Shown here piece after piece: positions 29,009 through 39,359 of a stretch of DNA of 64,000 nucleotides. Position 1 is the stretch's first letter; every line of letters starts with the position of its first letter. This DNA is from an uncultured Puniceicoccaceae bacterium (GTDB lineage Bacteria; Verrucomicrobiota; Verrucomicrobiia; Opitutales; Oceanipulchritudinaceae). Under the pieces are notes generated by a model, which searched no databases, had not been told where the DNA came from, and was given only the letters and a program-made list of their open reading frames with translations. The DNA lies in assembly GCA_963933835.1 (NCBI GenBank), contig CAWVVV010000007.1:1-64000 (forward strand). Reading direction: 5' to 3'. The translations under genes and the position numbers were made by a program.

Positions 29009-31834
29009 ATGCGTTGGCGAAGCATTTCCTGGACAGCTTGCAAAGGTGGCTACCGCTTCTGTCTCGGTACCATCAATCTCGCTCTATTTTGCATCACTGG
29101 AGTGCAGATCCTGATGATCGGATCGATCCTCGTCGTCGGAACGATCGCGATACCTCAGGCCGCCCAGAGCTATCTCGAAAAACGCTTTGAGCAAGAAGGG
29201 CTTCACGTCAGTTGGGGCCGCGCGCTTTTTGACCTCACGGGCAAAATCATCTTCGAAGATTTCGCTCTTCTAGATCCGACACGCGAAAATCCCATTTTCG
29301 AAGCAGAGCACGTTCGCGCGGACCTAGATGTTACACCTCTTTTTTGGCGCGGACCACTTCAGCTCGAGAGCTTCTTCCTCAGAGAAGGCGCTCTCTACCT
29401 GCTCCCCGAGCTGTCAGATGGCTCGGACGAGCCCATTCTCAGAATCAGCGAGATCAAAATCGATAAAGACTGGAACTCGATCAAGATTGAGGAAGCCCAC
29501 CTTGCGCTCCGCAAGACCCGCATCCTCGCACGCGGTAAGCTGACGCTCGAAGGCTACGATTTTGCCGGCCAAGACTCGGTTAACTTATCCAAACTATGGC
29601 GGCGCAGCTCTGCCAAGCTCGTCCCGCTGATCGAATACATCGAGCTCGTGGAAGAATCACTGATCGAGCTCACTTTCGAATCCAGCAGTGCCTCAGCATG
29701 GTCTGCTCTTGCCGACGTTCATGTTCCTCATTTCGAAATCACTTCCCCAGCCCGCGTTCAGGTCGAGCAAATCCACGCTCAAGCCACTGTCTCCTTCGTC
29801 GACAACCACGTCCTTCTCATTGATCCCATAGTGTTCACCGAGGAGGTTAGTTTTGAAAGCGATGGCAAACAGCTGACCCTGCTCAACCCGAGGCTAGATA
29901 TCTTTGGGGACAATAAAACCCTCAGCACCGGCATCACCTGCCCGAGCTCATTTCAACTCCTAGGGCATTTGGGCGTCCCTGAGCTGGGCCTCGTCACTCT
30001 AAAACTAGAGGGAGAGCTTGATGAGGGCCTCACGCTCCTCGATCCCGCGTTGACGCTTCATCGCGAAGGGATGCGTTTGAGGCTCAACACTGAGACACCC
30101 GCGGCGAATGCTGACAGAGAGATCCACTTTGATTTTGTGGGCGAGCCGGATGCGGTTTTCGACCTACCCATGTTGCTCGGCGGCGGGATCGGAAAGCGGA
30201 CCGACTTTAGCCAGCGCACGAAAATCGATGGGACGCTATTTCTAGGTCCCGACAATTCGATCGGGAAAGTAATATTCGGAATAAATGCGAAGCATTTCAC
30301 GGTGAAAGAGGCCTTCTTCGACGAAGCCCGCACCGAAGGTATTTACGAAGACAAACGGCTGCAGGTCGGACCTATTCGCGTTTTCAACGATGATGGTCAG
30401 AATGCCGAAGGCTACTACATCCATAGCTTCGACGATACAGGCTTTCGCATCGTGGCCTCGGGCGAGGTGAAAGCCCACTTCCTTGATTCATTGCTTCCAC
30501 CGTTCTACACCAAACTCTGGAATGACATCGATCCCGGCGAACGCCCCGCAGCGGCAGATGTCGATGTTACGGGAAAATGGAAAGAGCGGACGAGCATACA
30601 GGCCTTTGTTGATATCAAGGCAAACGAAGTTGGTTTCCGCGGATTGCCCGTCAGCGACGCAAATGTACTCGTCTGGTATGCTTATGGATTCGCCGAGCTC
30701 ATTGGGCTCGAGGCCCTCACCGACGGGTACGGTACGCGTGGAGACATCGCTTTCACTTTCGCGCGGCCGGGGAGCAAAAACGGCAACCGCGTCTTTGTAG
30801 ACGTCAGCACAATTCAACCGCTGGACACCATCCCTGTCGTTTTCGGACCTGACATGGAAGTCCTCGCTGAGTTGATGAGATTCGAGAGCCCACCACTCAC
30901 TCAAATCAAAGGTTTCGTGAACTATGGGGCAGAGGCTGCCATCAAGCAAAGTATCGACCTCAAAATACTTTCCCGCAGCGCAGGCACCTTTCGCCGCGTC
31001 CCCTTCGACCGGATCCAGCTCAACGTCTACCAAGAAAACACCTTAAACTTCATCCCCCTCTTGGAAGGTGAAATTGACGAAGGCCGGATTAGCTTGGTCG
31101 GGGAGATCAAGCCAGCAACGAAGGGCGAAGGTTGGGCCGCTGACCTATTGATCGATTCGGATAACCTCCCTCTGGAAACTTTCAAAAAAATCCTCATCGA
31201 GCTCGACCCGGCACCCTCACTCACGCTCGGCCCCCCAAAGACTCCGCCGCTGAAGGGGAAAGTGGACCTCCAACTCGAGGTGAGCTTCGACGGCGTTCCG
31301 TGGGAAAGCCTCGAAGGCAGTGGAGAACTGCGCATCGAGGACGCAAATCTCGGACGCATCCACCTCTTCGGCGGCCTTTCTCGTGTCTTCTCCTCCGTTG
31401 GGCTGACGATGACATCACTGAATCTCGATCGCCTCCAGACCAGCCTTGAACTTGCGCCCAAAGAAGTTCGTATGCCCGATCTGACACTGCGCGGAGATGC
31501 CCTGCGGGTCGATTCACCTGGCAAAGTCATCCTTCCCAGCACTTTTCTCGACTTCCGAGCAAAGGCTTACCTCCTGGACCAGGAGCAGCGCAGCCTGCAG
31601 TCGGTCCTCGGATCGATCCTGAGCCCGCTGAGCTTCTTTCTCGAAGTCGACGTAAAAGGCACCTTCGACACCCCTATTTGGCGCCTGACGAAGAACCCTT
31701 TCAACCTCCTTCGCGCTCCACTGAAAAACCCCACGAGCACATCCGACGGGGCCCCGGCAGAAAAGCAACCAAGCCAAAATCTCCCCCGCCCGGCTCAGAA
31801 ACCATCCGGCGTTAACCCTGCGCTGGAAGAATAG
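29009..31834 (+). CDS. AsmA-like/YhdP-like envelope protein
   Basis: N-terminal TM anchor, beta-rich body, AsmA-like C-terminus (GSGELRIEDANL...VKGTFDTP). Confidence 0.65.
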   Translation: MRWRSISWTACKGGYRFCLGTINLALFCITGVQILMIGSILVVGTIAIPQAAQSYLEKRFEQEGLHVSWGRALFDLTGKIIFEDFALLDPTRENPIFEAEHVRADLDVTPLFWRGPLQLESFFLREGALYLLPELSDGSDEPILRISEIKIDKDWNSIKIEEAHLALRKTRILARGKLTLEGYDFAGQDSVNLSKLWRRSSAKLVPLIEYIELVEESLIELTFESSSASAWSALADVHVPHFEITSPARVQVEQIHAQATVSFVDNHVLLIDPIVFTEEVSFESDGKQLTLLNPRLDIFGDNKTLSTGITCPSSFQLLGHLGVPELGLVTLKLEGELDEGLTLLDPALTLHREGMRLRLNTETPAANADREIHFDFVGEPDAVFDLPMLLGGGIGKRTDFSQRTKIDGTLFLGPDNSIGKVIFGINAKHFTVKEAFFDEARTEGIYEDKRLQVGPIRVFNDDGQNAEGYYIHSFDDTGFRIVASGEVKAHFLDSLLPPFYTKLWNDIDPGERPAAADVDVTGKWKERTSIQAFVDIKANEVGFRGLPVSDANVLVWYAYGFAELIGLEALTDGYGTRGDIAFTFARPGSKNGNRVFVDVSTIQPLDTIPVVFGPDMEVLAELMRFESPPLTQIKGFVNYGAEAAIKQSIDLKILSRSAGTFRRVPFDRIQLNVYQENTLNFIPLLEGEIDEGRISLVGEIKPATKGEGWAADLLIDSDNLPLETFKKILIELDPAPSLTLGPPKTPPLKGKVDLQLEVSFDGVPWESLEGSGELRIEDANLGRIHLFGGLSRVFSSVGLTMTSLNLDRLQTSLELAPKEVRMPDLTLRGDALRVDSPGKVILPSTFLDFRAKAYLLDQEQRSLQSVLGSILSPLSFFLEVDVKGTFDTPIWRLTKNPFNLLRAPLKNPTSTSDGAPAEKQPSQNLPRPAQKPSGVNPALEE

Positions 31835-31932
31835 CTCGACCTTTGACGTTGCAGAGCGCCATTCCACTCGCGTAATTTACGCTGTTTTAGTCCCCCTCTC
31901 ATCACCGAACTCAGCCCTAGGAAACTGTAATT

Positions 31933-32373
31933 TTGGACCTGAAAGAAATTAAACAAATCGTCGATTTAATGAAGCGCTCAGCTCTCACTGAGTTCGAAAT
32001 CGAAGAAAAAGACCTTAAACTCCGCATTTGCCGGAGTAACGGCGAAACGCAAACTGTCTATGCGGCACCTGCTCCGGCACCCGTCGCGGCGGCACCGACC
32101 GCAGCAGCATCCGCGGCAGCGCCTGTCGAAGACGATAACAGTAAGAAAGTGAAGTCCCCCATGGTGGGCACTTTCTACGATTCACCTTCGCCTGACAGCC
32201 CTGTCTTTGCTAAGGTTGGCGATAAGGTCACCGCAGACACCGCTGTTTGCATCGTCGAGGCGATGAAGGTGATGAACGAAATCAAAGCTGAAGTTACAGG
32301 TACAATCACGGAAATCTGTGTTGTAAACGGTGACTCAGTGGAGTTTGGCCAAGCCATCTTTAAGGTCCAGTAG
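31933..32373 (+). CDS. accB: Acetyl-CoA carboxylase biotin carboxyl carrier protein
   Basis: [18 protein letters not shown] biotinylation motif; TTG start. Confidence 0.96.
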   Translation: MDLKEIKQIVDLMKRSALTEFEIEEKDLKLRICRSNGETQTVYAAPAPAPVAAAPTAAASAAAPVEDDNSKKVKSPMVGTFYDSPSPDSPVFAKVGDKVTADTAVCIVEAMKVMNEIKAEVTGTITEICVVNGDSVEFGQAIFKVQ

Positions 32374-32380
32374 CGCTCAC

Positions 32381-33751
32381 ATGTTCTCCAAAATTCTCAT
32401 CGCCAATCGTGGCGAGATTGCTCTGCGCATCATCCGTGCATGCCGCGAAATGGGCATCGAAACGGTTGCCGTCTACTCGGAAGCCGACGAACAGTCTCTC
32501 CACGTCCAACTTGCCGACGGCGCGATATGCATCGGCAAAGCACCTGGGTCCGAAAGCTACCTGCGCCCAGAGCGTATTATCGCGGCGGCCGAAATCAGTG
32601 ATGTCGATGCGATCCACCCCGGCTACGGATTCCTCGCGGAAGACGCTGACTTCGCCGAGCAGTGCGAAGACTGCAAAATCAAATTTATCGGACCTCGCTC
32701 AGACGCTATTCGAAAAATGGGCGACAAGGCTGTTGCCCGCCAAACCGTGAAAGTAGGCGGTGTTCCGACCGTTCCAGGGAGTCTGGGTGTAATCGACACC
32801 TCGGAAGAGGCCGTGATCGTCGCTGAGCAGATCGGTTTCCCGGTTATCATCAAGGCCGTGGCAGGCGGTGGAGGACGCGGAATGCGCCTCGCCCACAATA
32901 AAATATCCTTTCACAAGGAATTTGCGGCAGCTAGCAACGAAGCCGCCAAGGCCTTCGGAGACGGGGCCGTCTACATTGAGAAATTCGTTGAAGAGCCGCG
33001 CCACATCGAATTTCAAATTCTCGCCGACGAACACGGCAACGTCGTTCACCTCGGCGAGCGTGATTGCTCCATTCAGCGTCGACACCAAAAGGTCGTTGAG
33101 GAAGCCCCTTCACCATTCATCACTGCAGAGATGCGTGAAGCGATGGGTAAGGCCGCCACCGACGCCGCAAAAGCATGTAATTACTCGAACGCCGGCACGA
33201 TCGAGTTTCTCGTCGATAAGAATCGTAACTTCTACTTCATCGAGATGAACACGCGGATTCAGGTTGAGCACCCCGTGACCGAAGAAGTCACCGGCATCGA
33301 CCTGATCAAAGCCCAAATCCGGATTGCAGCTGGCGAAAAGCTCTGGATGAAGCAAAAAGATATCAAGGTCGAAGGGCACTCCATCGAAGTGCGTGTGTGT
33401 GCCGAAGATCCATCGAATAACTTCATCCCCTCCCCCGGCACGATCACACTCTACTATGCGCCAGGAGGCCGTGGCGTGCGGATCGATAGCCACGCCTATA
33501 GCGGCTACACCGTTCCTCCTTTCTACGACAGTATGATCGCGAAAGTGATCACGAAAGGAAAGGACCGCGAGGAAGCGCTCGATCAAATGAGCCGCGCCCT
33601 CCACGACTATCTCATCCGTGGGATCAAAACGAATATTGGATTCACTCAAGCGATCATCCAAGATCCCGTCTTCCGCAGCGGCGCAGCGACAACGAAATTC
33701 GTCGAAGATTTTCTCGCTCGCACGCCTAAAGAACGCTTTATTAAAGAGTAA
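32381..33751 (+). CDS. accC: Acetyl-CoA carboxylase biotin carboxylase
   Basis: [45 protein letters not shown] 32381. Confidence 0.96.
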   Translation: MFSKILIANRGEIALRIIRACREMGIETVAVYSEADEQSLHVQLADGAICIGKAPGSESYLRPERIIAAAEISDVDAIHPGYGFLAEDADFAEQCEDCKIKFIGPRSDAIRKMGDKAVARQTVKVGGVPTVPGSLGVIDTSEEAVIVAEQIGFPVIIKAVAGGGGRGMRLAHNKISFHKEFAAASNEAAKAFGDGAVYIEKFVEEPRHIEFQILADEHGNVVHLGERDCSIQRRHQKVVEEAPSPFITAEMREAMGKAATDAAKACNYSNAGTIEFLVDKNRNFYFIEMNTRIQVEHPVTEEVTGIDLIKAQIRIAAGEKLWMKQKDIKVEGHSIEVRVCAEDPSNNFIPSPGTITLYYAPGGRGVRIDSHAYSGYTVPPFYDSMIAKVITKGKDREEALDQMSRALHDYLIRGIKTNIGFTQAIIQDPVFRSGAATTKFVEDFLARTPKERFIKE

Positions 33752-33789
33752 GAAACCAAGCGATTACACCCTTTAAACCAACTTCCCCC

Positions 33790-34200
33790 ATGACCGACGA
33801 AAACGAATACGAAGAACCAACCGAAGTCACCGCGATCGAGATCGAAGATGACGGCGACGGTAACATCACCATCAACAACAACGTCGTCGCCAACATCATA
33901 TCGATGGCCGCGAAAGAAGTCCCTGGCGTCTTCGGTTTAGCAAGTGGTAGTTTTCAAGGTCTCTTTAACAAGGGTGGCGTCATCTCAGTCGATGAGGACG
34001 CTGGGGGGAATTACCGTATCCGGGTTAAGGTCATCCTCATCTTTGGGGTGCGCATCGGTAAAGTTGCCGAAGAAGTGAAGCGCTCAATCAAAGAGCAGGT
34101 CGAGATCATGACTGACAAAGAAGTCTCGCGCGTAGACATCGTTGTCGATGAAGTCCGCCACCCGGAAAGACCGGAGAGCGAACTTGAGCTCGAAGACTAA
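33790..34200 (+). CDS. Asp23/Gls24 (YqhY-like) family protein
   Basis: GNITINNNVVANIISMAAKEVPGV...V...IKEQVEIMT...VDIVV pattern; follows accC. Confidence 0.85.
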   Translation: MTDENEYEEPTEVTAIEIEDDGDGNITINNNVVANIISMAAKEVPGVFGLASGSFQGLFNKGGVISVDEDAGGNYRIRVKVILIFGVRIGKVAEEVKRSIKEQVEIMTDKEVSRVDIVVDEVRHPERPESELELED

Positions 34201-35416
34201 GGTCAGCTCTACGACGGACTCATCCTCGACTGATCCCGTCCTCAGTCGCCTGACTGATCTTGCTCATGGGAGGACCTTTTCCTTTGGGGAACACTCGACC
34301 GAAAGCGGTGAGCGCGTACCAGTTGCTACCGGTGAATTCTGGACGTCTAAACAGCGCACCGGAAATCCTCTCCATGAGCTCTCCTATCGGGCTTGCTTTA
34401 AGCCGCAGCTGCCTGCGCTCTTCATCGAGGCCCTGACACGCCCAGGAGGCCACGTCCTCGATCCTTTCGGAGGTCGGGGCACAACTGCCCTCGAAGCCCA
34501 CCTTCGCGGCCGCAGGGCGACGAGCAGCGACCTGAATCCACTCAGCGCTATTCTTCTAAAACCAAGGATCAACCCACCCTCGCTGGTGGAGATCGAAACC
34601 GCACTCAGCGCTTTGCCTGAGCACTTCGCGGGAGATCTGCCCGAAGAGCTCCTGACTTTCTACCACCCAAAAACGCTCGAAACCCTGTGTGCCTGGCGCG
34701 CGTATTGGATCGAGCGTGGCGACAAACTGACGCCCGCTGAAAACTGGATTCGAATGGTCGCAACCAATCGACTGACAGGACACAGCCCCGGTTTCTTTTC
34801 CGTCTACACGATGCCGCCTAATCAAGCCGTGAGTGTGGCGAGCCAAACCAAGATCAATCAGCGCCGGAACCAAACGCCACCCTTCCGCGAGGTGAAAGCC
34901 CTTGTTCTACGCAAGTCACGCCAGCTTCTAAAGTCGTATCAGAAACCCACTACACAGCAACTTTCTCAAGCGCTCGTTGCGAGCGCCGATCACATCAGCT
35001 CACTCGAAGACAACTCGGTCGATCTCGTCGTAACCTCCCCTCCCTTTCTCAATGTCGTCGATTACGACGGAGACAATTGGCTGCGCAATTGGTTCAATGG
35101 CTTGCCCTCTCAGTCAGGCCTCTGGGTCACGCCTTCCGTTAGTGAATGGCAGGCACTCATGACAAAAGCCCTCCGCGAAATGCACCGCGTATTGCGCTCA
35201 AATGGATACGTTGCCTTCGAAGTCGGCGAAGTGCGCAAAGCCACCATCCCGCTTGAAGAGCAAGTCATCAACGCTGGAAAAGCAGCCGGCCTCCGGCCGA
35301 TCGGTATCCTCGTCCACGCCCAGAACTTCACCAAAACCGCCCATTGCTGGGGCATTGATAACAATGCCAAGGGCACGAACACCCAGCGCATCAGTCTTTT
35401 TCAGAAAAGGCCATAA
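34142..35416 (+). CDS. Orphan site-specific DNA methyltransferase (N4-C/N6-A type); start uncertain
   Basis: Motif I VLDPFGGRGTT precedes motif IV VTSPPF. Confidence 0.8.
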   Translation: MSMKSATRKDRRANLSSKTKVSSTTDSSSTDPVLSRLTDLAHGRTFSFGEHSTESGERVPVATGEFWTSKQRTGNPLHELSYRACFKPQLPALFIEALTRPGGHVLDPFGGRGTTALEAHLRGRRATSSDLNPLSAILLKPRINPPSLVEIETALSALPEHFAGDLPEELLTFYHPKTLETLCAWRAYWIERGDKLTPAENWIRMVATNRLTGHSPGFFSVYTMPPNQAVSVASQTKINQRRNQTPPFREVKALVLRKSRQLLKSYQKPTTQQLSQALVASADHISSLEDNSVDLVVTSPPFLNVVDYDGDNWLRNWFNGLPSQSGLWVTPSVSEWQALMTKALREMHRVLRSNGYVAFEVGEVRKATIPLEEQVINAGKAAGLRPIGILVHAQNFTKTAHCWGIDNNAKGTNTQRISLFQKRP

Positions 35417-35542
35417 AGTGCCTAGAATCTGTGTATCCACTTTCTGATACAAATACGACAATCCTAATTTTTCAGCACCTGATTCGTTAGTTCATATAGC
35501 ATTCAATGCGGCTTGATCAGTTCATCGATTCTTGCTCGCTAC

Positions 35543-36415
35543 TTAGAAACGCTTTGTGAATCCAGCGAAAGCGCCTAGGTCATCAGCAGTGTCGTTCAAC
35601 CCGACCTGCACACCACAATCCAACACCAAATCGTTGTTTACAGCAAAGGTGAACCCACCCGCTCCATAGACCTGATAAGGCGTATCTCCCGTGACTCCAA
35701 TGTATTCGATGAACATTCCCAGTCGATCCGAAAGATCGAATCCGAGAACTGCCGAGTGGAGAAATTCGAATTCGTGGGCTTGATTGCTGTCGTCATATAC
35801 AATGTCAAACTCAGCCATAAGTCCCAAGCCGATTCGATCGGTAAGTTGGGTGGAGAAAGGTATGATCAACCCTCCTTCCCATTCATCATTACTCAGTGCC
35901 GTTCCGGTCGGAACTTTGACGAAAGGGAATAACGCGAGAGCTGTATCTCCGCCGTCATTCCCCCACAAATTGTATTTCAGACGCAATTGCACGTCGCCAA
36001 ATCCTTCCGTTCTGTTGCCTGTTTCAGGGTCCACCCAAGTGTAGGCATCAAAGATGAACTGTAATTCGGTGTTGTTCGTTAAACCAACCTTAGAATTAGT
36101 CGACATCAGCGTATAGGCAGTGTCTCCCTCATCTCGCCTCCAATCAAAAAGGCTGACCTCGAGAACGAAATGTCCAGCGTCCACTGTGAGCGGACTCTCC
36201 GTGGCATCTGGCCGATCCGGTGAAAGTTCCCGCATTGATTCTTCGGGTGTTGGGTTAAAGAGGTTGTAATGGCTCTTATTCGTGGTCTGCCCATCGGCAG
36301 AAATCGACATATCACCTGACTCACTGGCAAAGGCCGTTAGTGCGGTAACTAAGTATGCAATGGTCGTAGCTATTGGAAGGTGCGGTATACGAGGCATGAT
36401 GTGAAAAATAGGCAA
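35543..36415 (-). CDS. Outer-membrane beta-barrel of the 'transporter' (Phenol_MetA_deg-like) family
   Basis: Signal peptide; RELSPDRPDATESPLTVDAG; GFGDVQLRLKYNL; C-terminal GFTKRF. Confidence 0.8.
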   Translation of the reverse strand: MPIFHIMPRIPHLPIATTIAYLVTALTAFASESGDMSISADGQTTNKSHYNLFNPTPEESMRELSPDRPDATESPLTVDAGHFVLEVSLFDWRRDEGDTAYTLMSTNSKVGLTNNTELQFIFDAYTWVDPETGNRTEGFGDVQLRLKYNLWGNDGGDTALALFPFVKVPTGTALSNDEWEGGLIIPFSTQLTDRIGLGLMAEFDIVYDDSNQAHEFEFLHSAVLGFDLSDRLGMFIEYIGVTGDTPYQVYGAGGFTFAVNNDLVLDCGVQVGLNDTADDLGAFAGFTKRF

Positions 36416-36423
36416 TGGATTGA

Positions 36424-36465
36424 ATGTAGCACAGGCTACAATTTAATGTAGCCTGTGCTACATTG
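36424..36465. repeat. Perfect 18-bp inverted repeat whose arms are themselves palindromic
   Basis: AATGTAGCACAGGCTACA-ATTTAA-TGTAGCCTGTGCTACATT. Confidence 0.85.
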
Positions 36466-36524
36466 AGAGCTTATCAACTGCTAAATTCAGCTACGTATGC
36501 ACCGTCGAGAAAGATGCATCGCCA

Positions 36525-36548
36525 CGGCACCACTTCGTGCCGCCCTAC
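36525..36548 (-). repeat. GTAG-type REP-like hairpin
   Basis: Minus strand GTAG-GG-CGGCAC-GAAGTG-GTGCCG. Confidence 0.6.
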
Positions 36549-36610
36549 AGAAGTGCGAGGGACGACGGGGAGCCCCCACTGCCCTATCCTCAAACCCACT
36601 CGCGTAATGT

Positions 36611-36910
36611 AGCGCCGACCACATCAGTGCCCTCGAAGACAATTCGGTCGGTCTCGTCGTAACCTCCCCGCCCTTTCTCGACGTCGTCGATTACGACGGA
36701 GACAATTGGCTGCGCAATTGGTTCAATGGCTTGCCCTCTCAGTCAGGCCTCTGGGTCACGCCTTCCGTTAGTGAATGGCAGGCACTCATGACAAAAGCCC
36801 TCCGCGAAATGCACCGCGTATTGCGCTCAAGTGGATACGTTGCCTTCGAAGTCGGCGAAGTGCTCAAGGGCACAAACACCCAACGCATCAGCCTCTTCCA
36901 GAAGGCATGA
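36611..36910 (+). pseudogene. Duplicated 3' end of the DNA methyltransferase gene with a 132-bp in-frame deletion
   Basis: 36611-36863 matches 34982-35234; 36865-36910 matches about 35368-35416. Confidence 0.9.
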
Positions 36911-37038
36911 CCTGAGTGCTCCAGCGAATTCATTTGTTTTTGAATTCCAGACAGCGCCTCAACTTTGATCAGACTATCTTCTGTTTTTAAACTGACGACA
37001 GCTTGACCACGTTGATGAAATTGGATGTCATTTGAGGC

Positions 37039-38019
37039 ATGCCAACTGACCTTATTCGTCCCTTGATGTGAGCGCTACTCTTCCTTTCCCTAATCGGAGA
37101 CGCAACATTGAAACATGGGCAAGAAATCCTCGTCACGAGTATCGAAAATCCAACTACAGGTGAATTCGATTTAAGCTTAACCACACCCGTTGATCAATTC
37201 ATTCGTGTCGAGGTATCCTCCAGTCTGGGACAATGGGATGGCTTGTTTACTTTTCGAAGCAGTGGCACTGACACGCTCACTGATACCACTTCTGGACTAA
37301 GCACTCTTCCACGCTATTATAGAGCAATGGCCCTGAGTGAAACCGAGATCGTTACGGGGGATCTTTTGGCCACGAGCGAAGGCGAAGCGATTATTCACCC
37401 GATCGAGCACGCCTCTTTCTTAATTAGCTGGAACGGACTGATAATCTACAACGATCCTTCCGACAGTGCCGATCTCTACGAGGGTCTCCCCCAGCCGGAC
37501 CTCATTCTCGTCAGCCATCGGCATGGTGATCATTTCAGCGCAAGTACGCTCGAATCAGTCAGAAAGGCAGGAACCGTCATCGTAGCTCCAGCCTCTGTCT
37601 TTGATCGAATGACATCGGCCCTTCAGGCGGTGACGACCTCCTTAGCAAACGGTGAAACAACGACCGTGTCGGGGATGCGGATAGAAGCCGTTCCAGCTTA
37701 CAACGCTCGGCACACGCGAGGCGAAGGGAACAGCTATGTCCTAACTCTAGGCGGGAAACGGTTCTATATGTCTGGTGACACTGAAGACATTCCGGAGATG
37801 CGTGCCTTGAGCAATATTGATGTCGCTTTCATCTGCATGAACCTTCCATTCACGATGAATGTCACTCAAGCCGCCAGTGCTGTAAGAGAATTTCAACCCG
37901 ATGTCGTCTACCCCTACCACTACCGGAATCAAGATGGGACCTTTTCAGATCTCGAAGACTTCAAATCGCAAGTTGGCTCCGACCTAGAGATTGAAGTCCG
38001 CTTTCGTGATTGGTACTGA
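37039..38019 (+). CDS. MBL-fold metallo-hydrolase; signal peptide interrupted by in-frame TGA at 37069-37071
   Basis: SHRHGDH, VPAYN..H, MSGDTED, YPYHY; upstream in-frame MPTDLIRPLM*ALLFLSLIGDA. Confidence 0.82.
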
Positions 38020-38081
38020 AAATCAAATCAGTTCAGCAGAACTGCGCTTCAGCCTCTACAAGAAGGATTAGCGCAAACAGC

Positions 38082-39149
38082 CTAGATCCACTCGCGCTGT
38101 TGCGCGGCGAGGGCTCGATTGAGTTTTTTGGCGAGGAAAGGGCCTCGATAAATCAAACCAGTGTAAACTTGGATGAGGTGTGCCCCGACGTCCATCATCC
38201 GCCCAGCGGAGGCCGGATCGTCGATTCCACCGACGCCGATGATGGGGAGCTTCCCTTCGGTTGCTCTGGAAATGTATTTCACTACGTCGACCGAGCGGTG
38301 ATGTAGCGGTCGACCGCTCAGACCACCTGCCTCATTTGACTTCGAGATCGGTCCTGGACGAACAATCGTCGTGTTGGTCGCGATAATACCATCGAGCCCG
38401 ACATCTGAGATTGTCTGCAGGACGTCGTCAATTTCCTGGAAGCTAAGATCTGGAGCGATCTTGAGTAGAATTGGTTTAGGGCGGCTTCCGAACTTCTTCG
38501 AACGGGCGGCGTTCGCTTTGGTTATCTCACCGAGGAGCTCGGGCAAATAGGCGGAGCCTTGGAGTTTGCGTAGCTCTGGTGTGTTTGGACTACTTACATT
38601 GATTGTGAAGTAGTCCGCGTAGTCGGCCAGAAGTTGAAAGGAACCGATGTAATCGCTGGCGGCATCAGAAAGCGGTGTCACCTTCGACTTGCCGAGGTTG
38701 ATTCCGAGCGGCAGGGGGCGATCTTGGTGAGCACCATCTTGCTTAAGGCGCGCGGCGACTTCCTCTGCCCCATCGTTGTTAAAGCCCATCCGGTTGATGA
38801 TCGCCTCTTCACTGCGCAGGCGAAAAAGACGGGGCTTCTCATTGCCGGGCTGCTTGTGAAAGGTGACTGTCCCGATTTCAGCAAAGCCAAAGCCCAAAGC
38901 CGGCATTGAACGCCAAACGCGGGCGTCTTTGTCCATGCCAGCAGCGAGGCCAACTGGGTTGGGAAACTTTACTCCGAAGAGCTCGATCGGTTCAACCCCA
39001 TCAATGTGACCATTGCAACGCTCCATCAGCCGACACACTGGGCGCACTCGGCTTAATATCCCAAGCGCTCGCACTCCTATTTCATGGGCCTTTTCAGCAT
39101 CCTTCCGAAAGAGGATAGGACGCAGAACTTTTTCATAGTAAAAACCCAT
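38082..39149 (-). CDS. pyrD: Quinone-dependent dihydroorotate dehydrogenase
   Basis: NPVGLAAGMDK, INRMGFNN, INVSSPNTP, LKIAPD, GGLSG; ATG 39149. Confidence 0.95.
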   Translation of the reverse strand: MGFYYEKVLRPILFRKDAEKAHEIGVRALGILSRVRPVCRLMERCNGHIDGVEPIELFGVKFPNPVGLAAGMDKDARVWRSMPALGFGFAEIGTVTFHKQPGNEKPRLFRLRSEEAIINRMGFNNDGAEEVAARLKQDGAHQDRPLPLGINLGKSKVTPLSDAASDYIGSFQLLADYADYFTINVSSPNTPELRKLQGSAYLPELLGEITKANAARSKKFGSRPKPILLKIAPDLSFQEIDDVLQTISDVGLDGIIATNTTIVRPGPISKSNEAGGLSGRPLHHRSVDVVKYISRATEGKLPIIGVGGIDDPASAGRMMDVGAHLIQVYTGLIYRGPFLAKKLNRALAAQQREWI

Positions 39150-39359
39150 TCGCCGGTATGCTGGAGGCGTTCTTCTGTTTTTCAAGCGCCATCGACGGGC
39201 TCACCACAGCCTTCAAAATGCCTGAAAACGGCTGCCGAGAAGCCAAAGGGCACGTCTTAACACAGAGCTCATGCATCAGTGCCGTTCTTTTTTACTTGTC
39301 AGAGTGAGGACGCTGGCGACTTTTGGTCACAACTCATACCCCCCTAACAAAATAGCACA

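Noticed and set aside
34142..35416. Restriction-modification system
   Set aside because: No restriction endonuclease or specificity subunit adjacent
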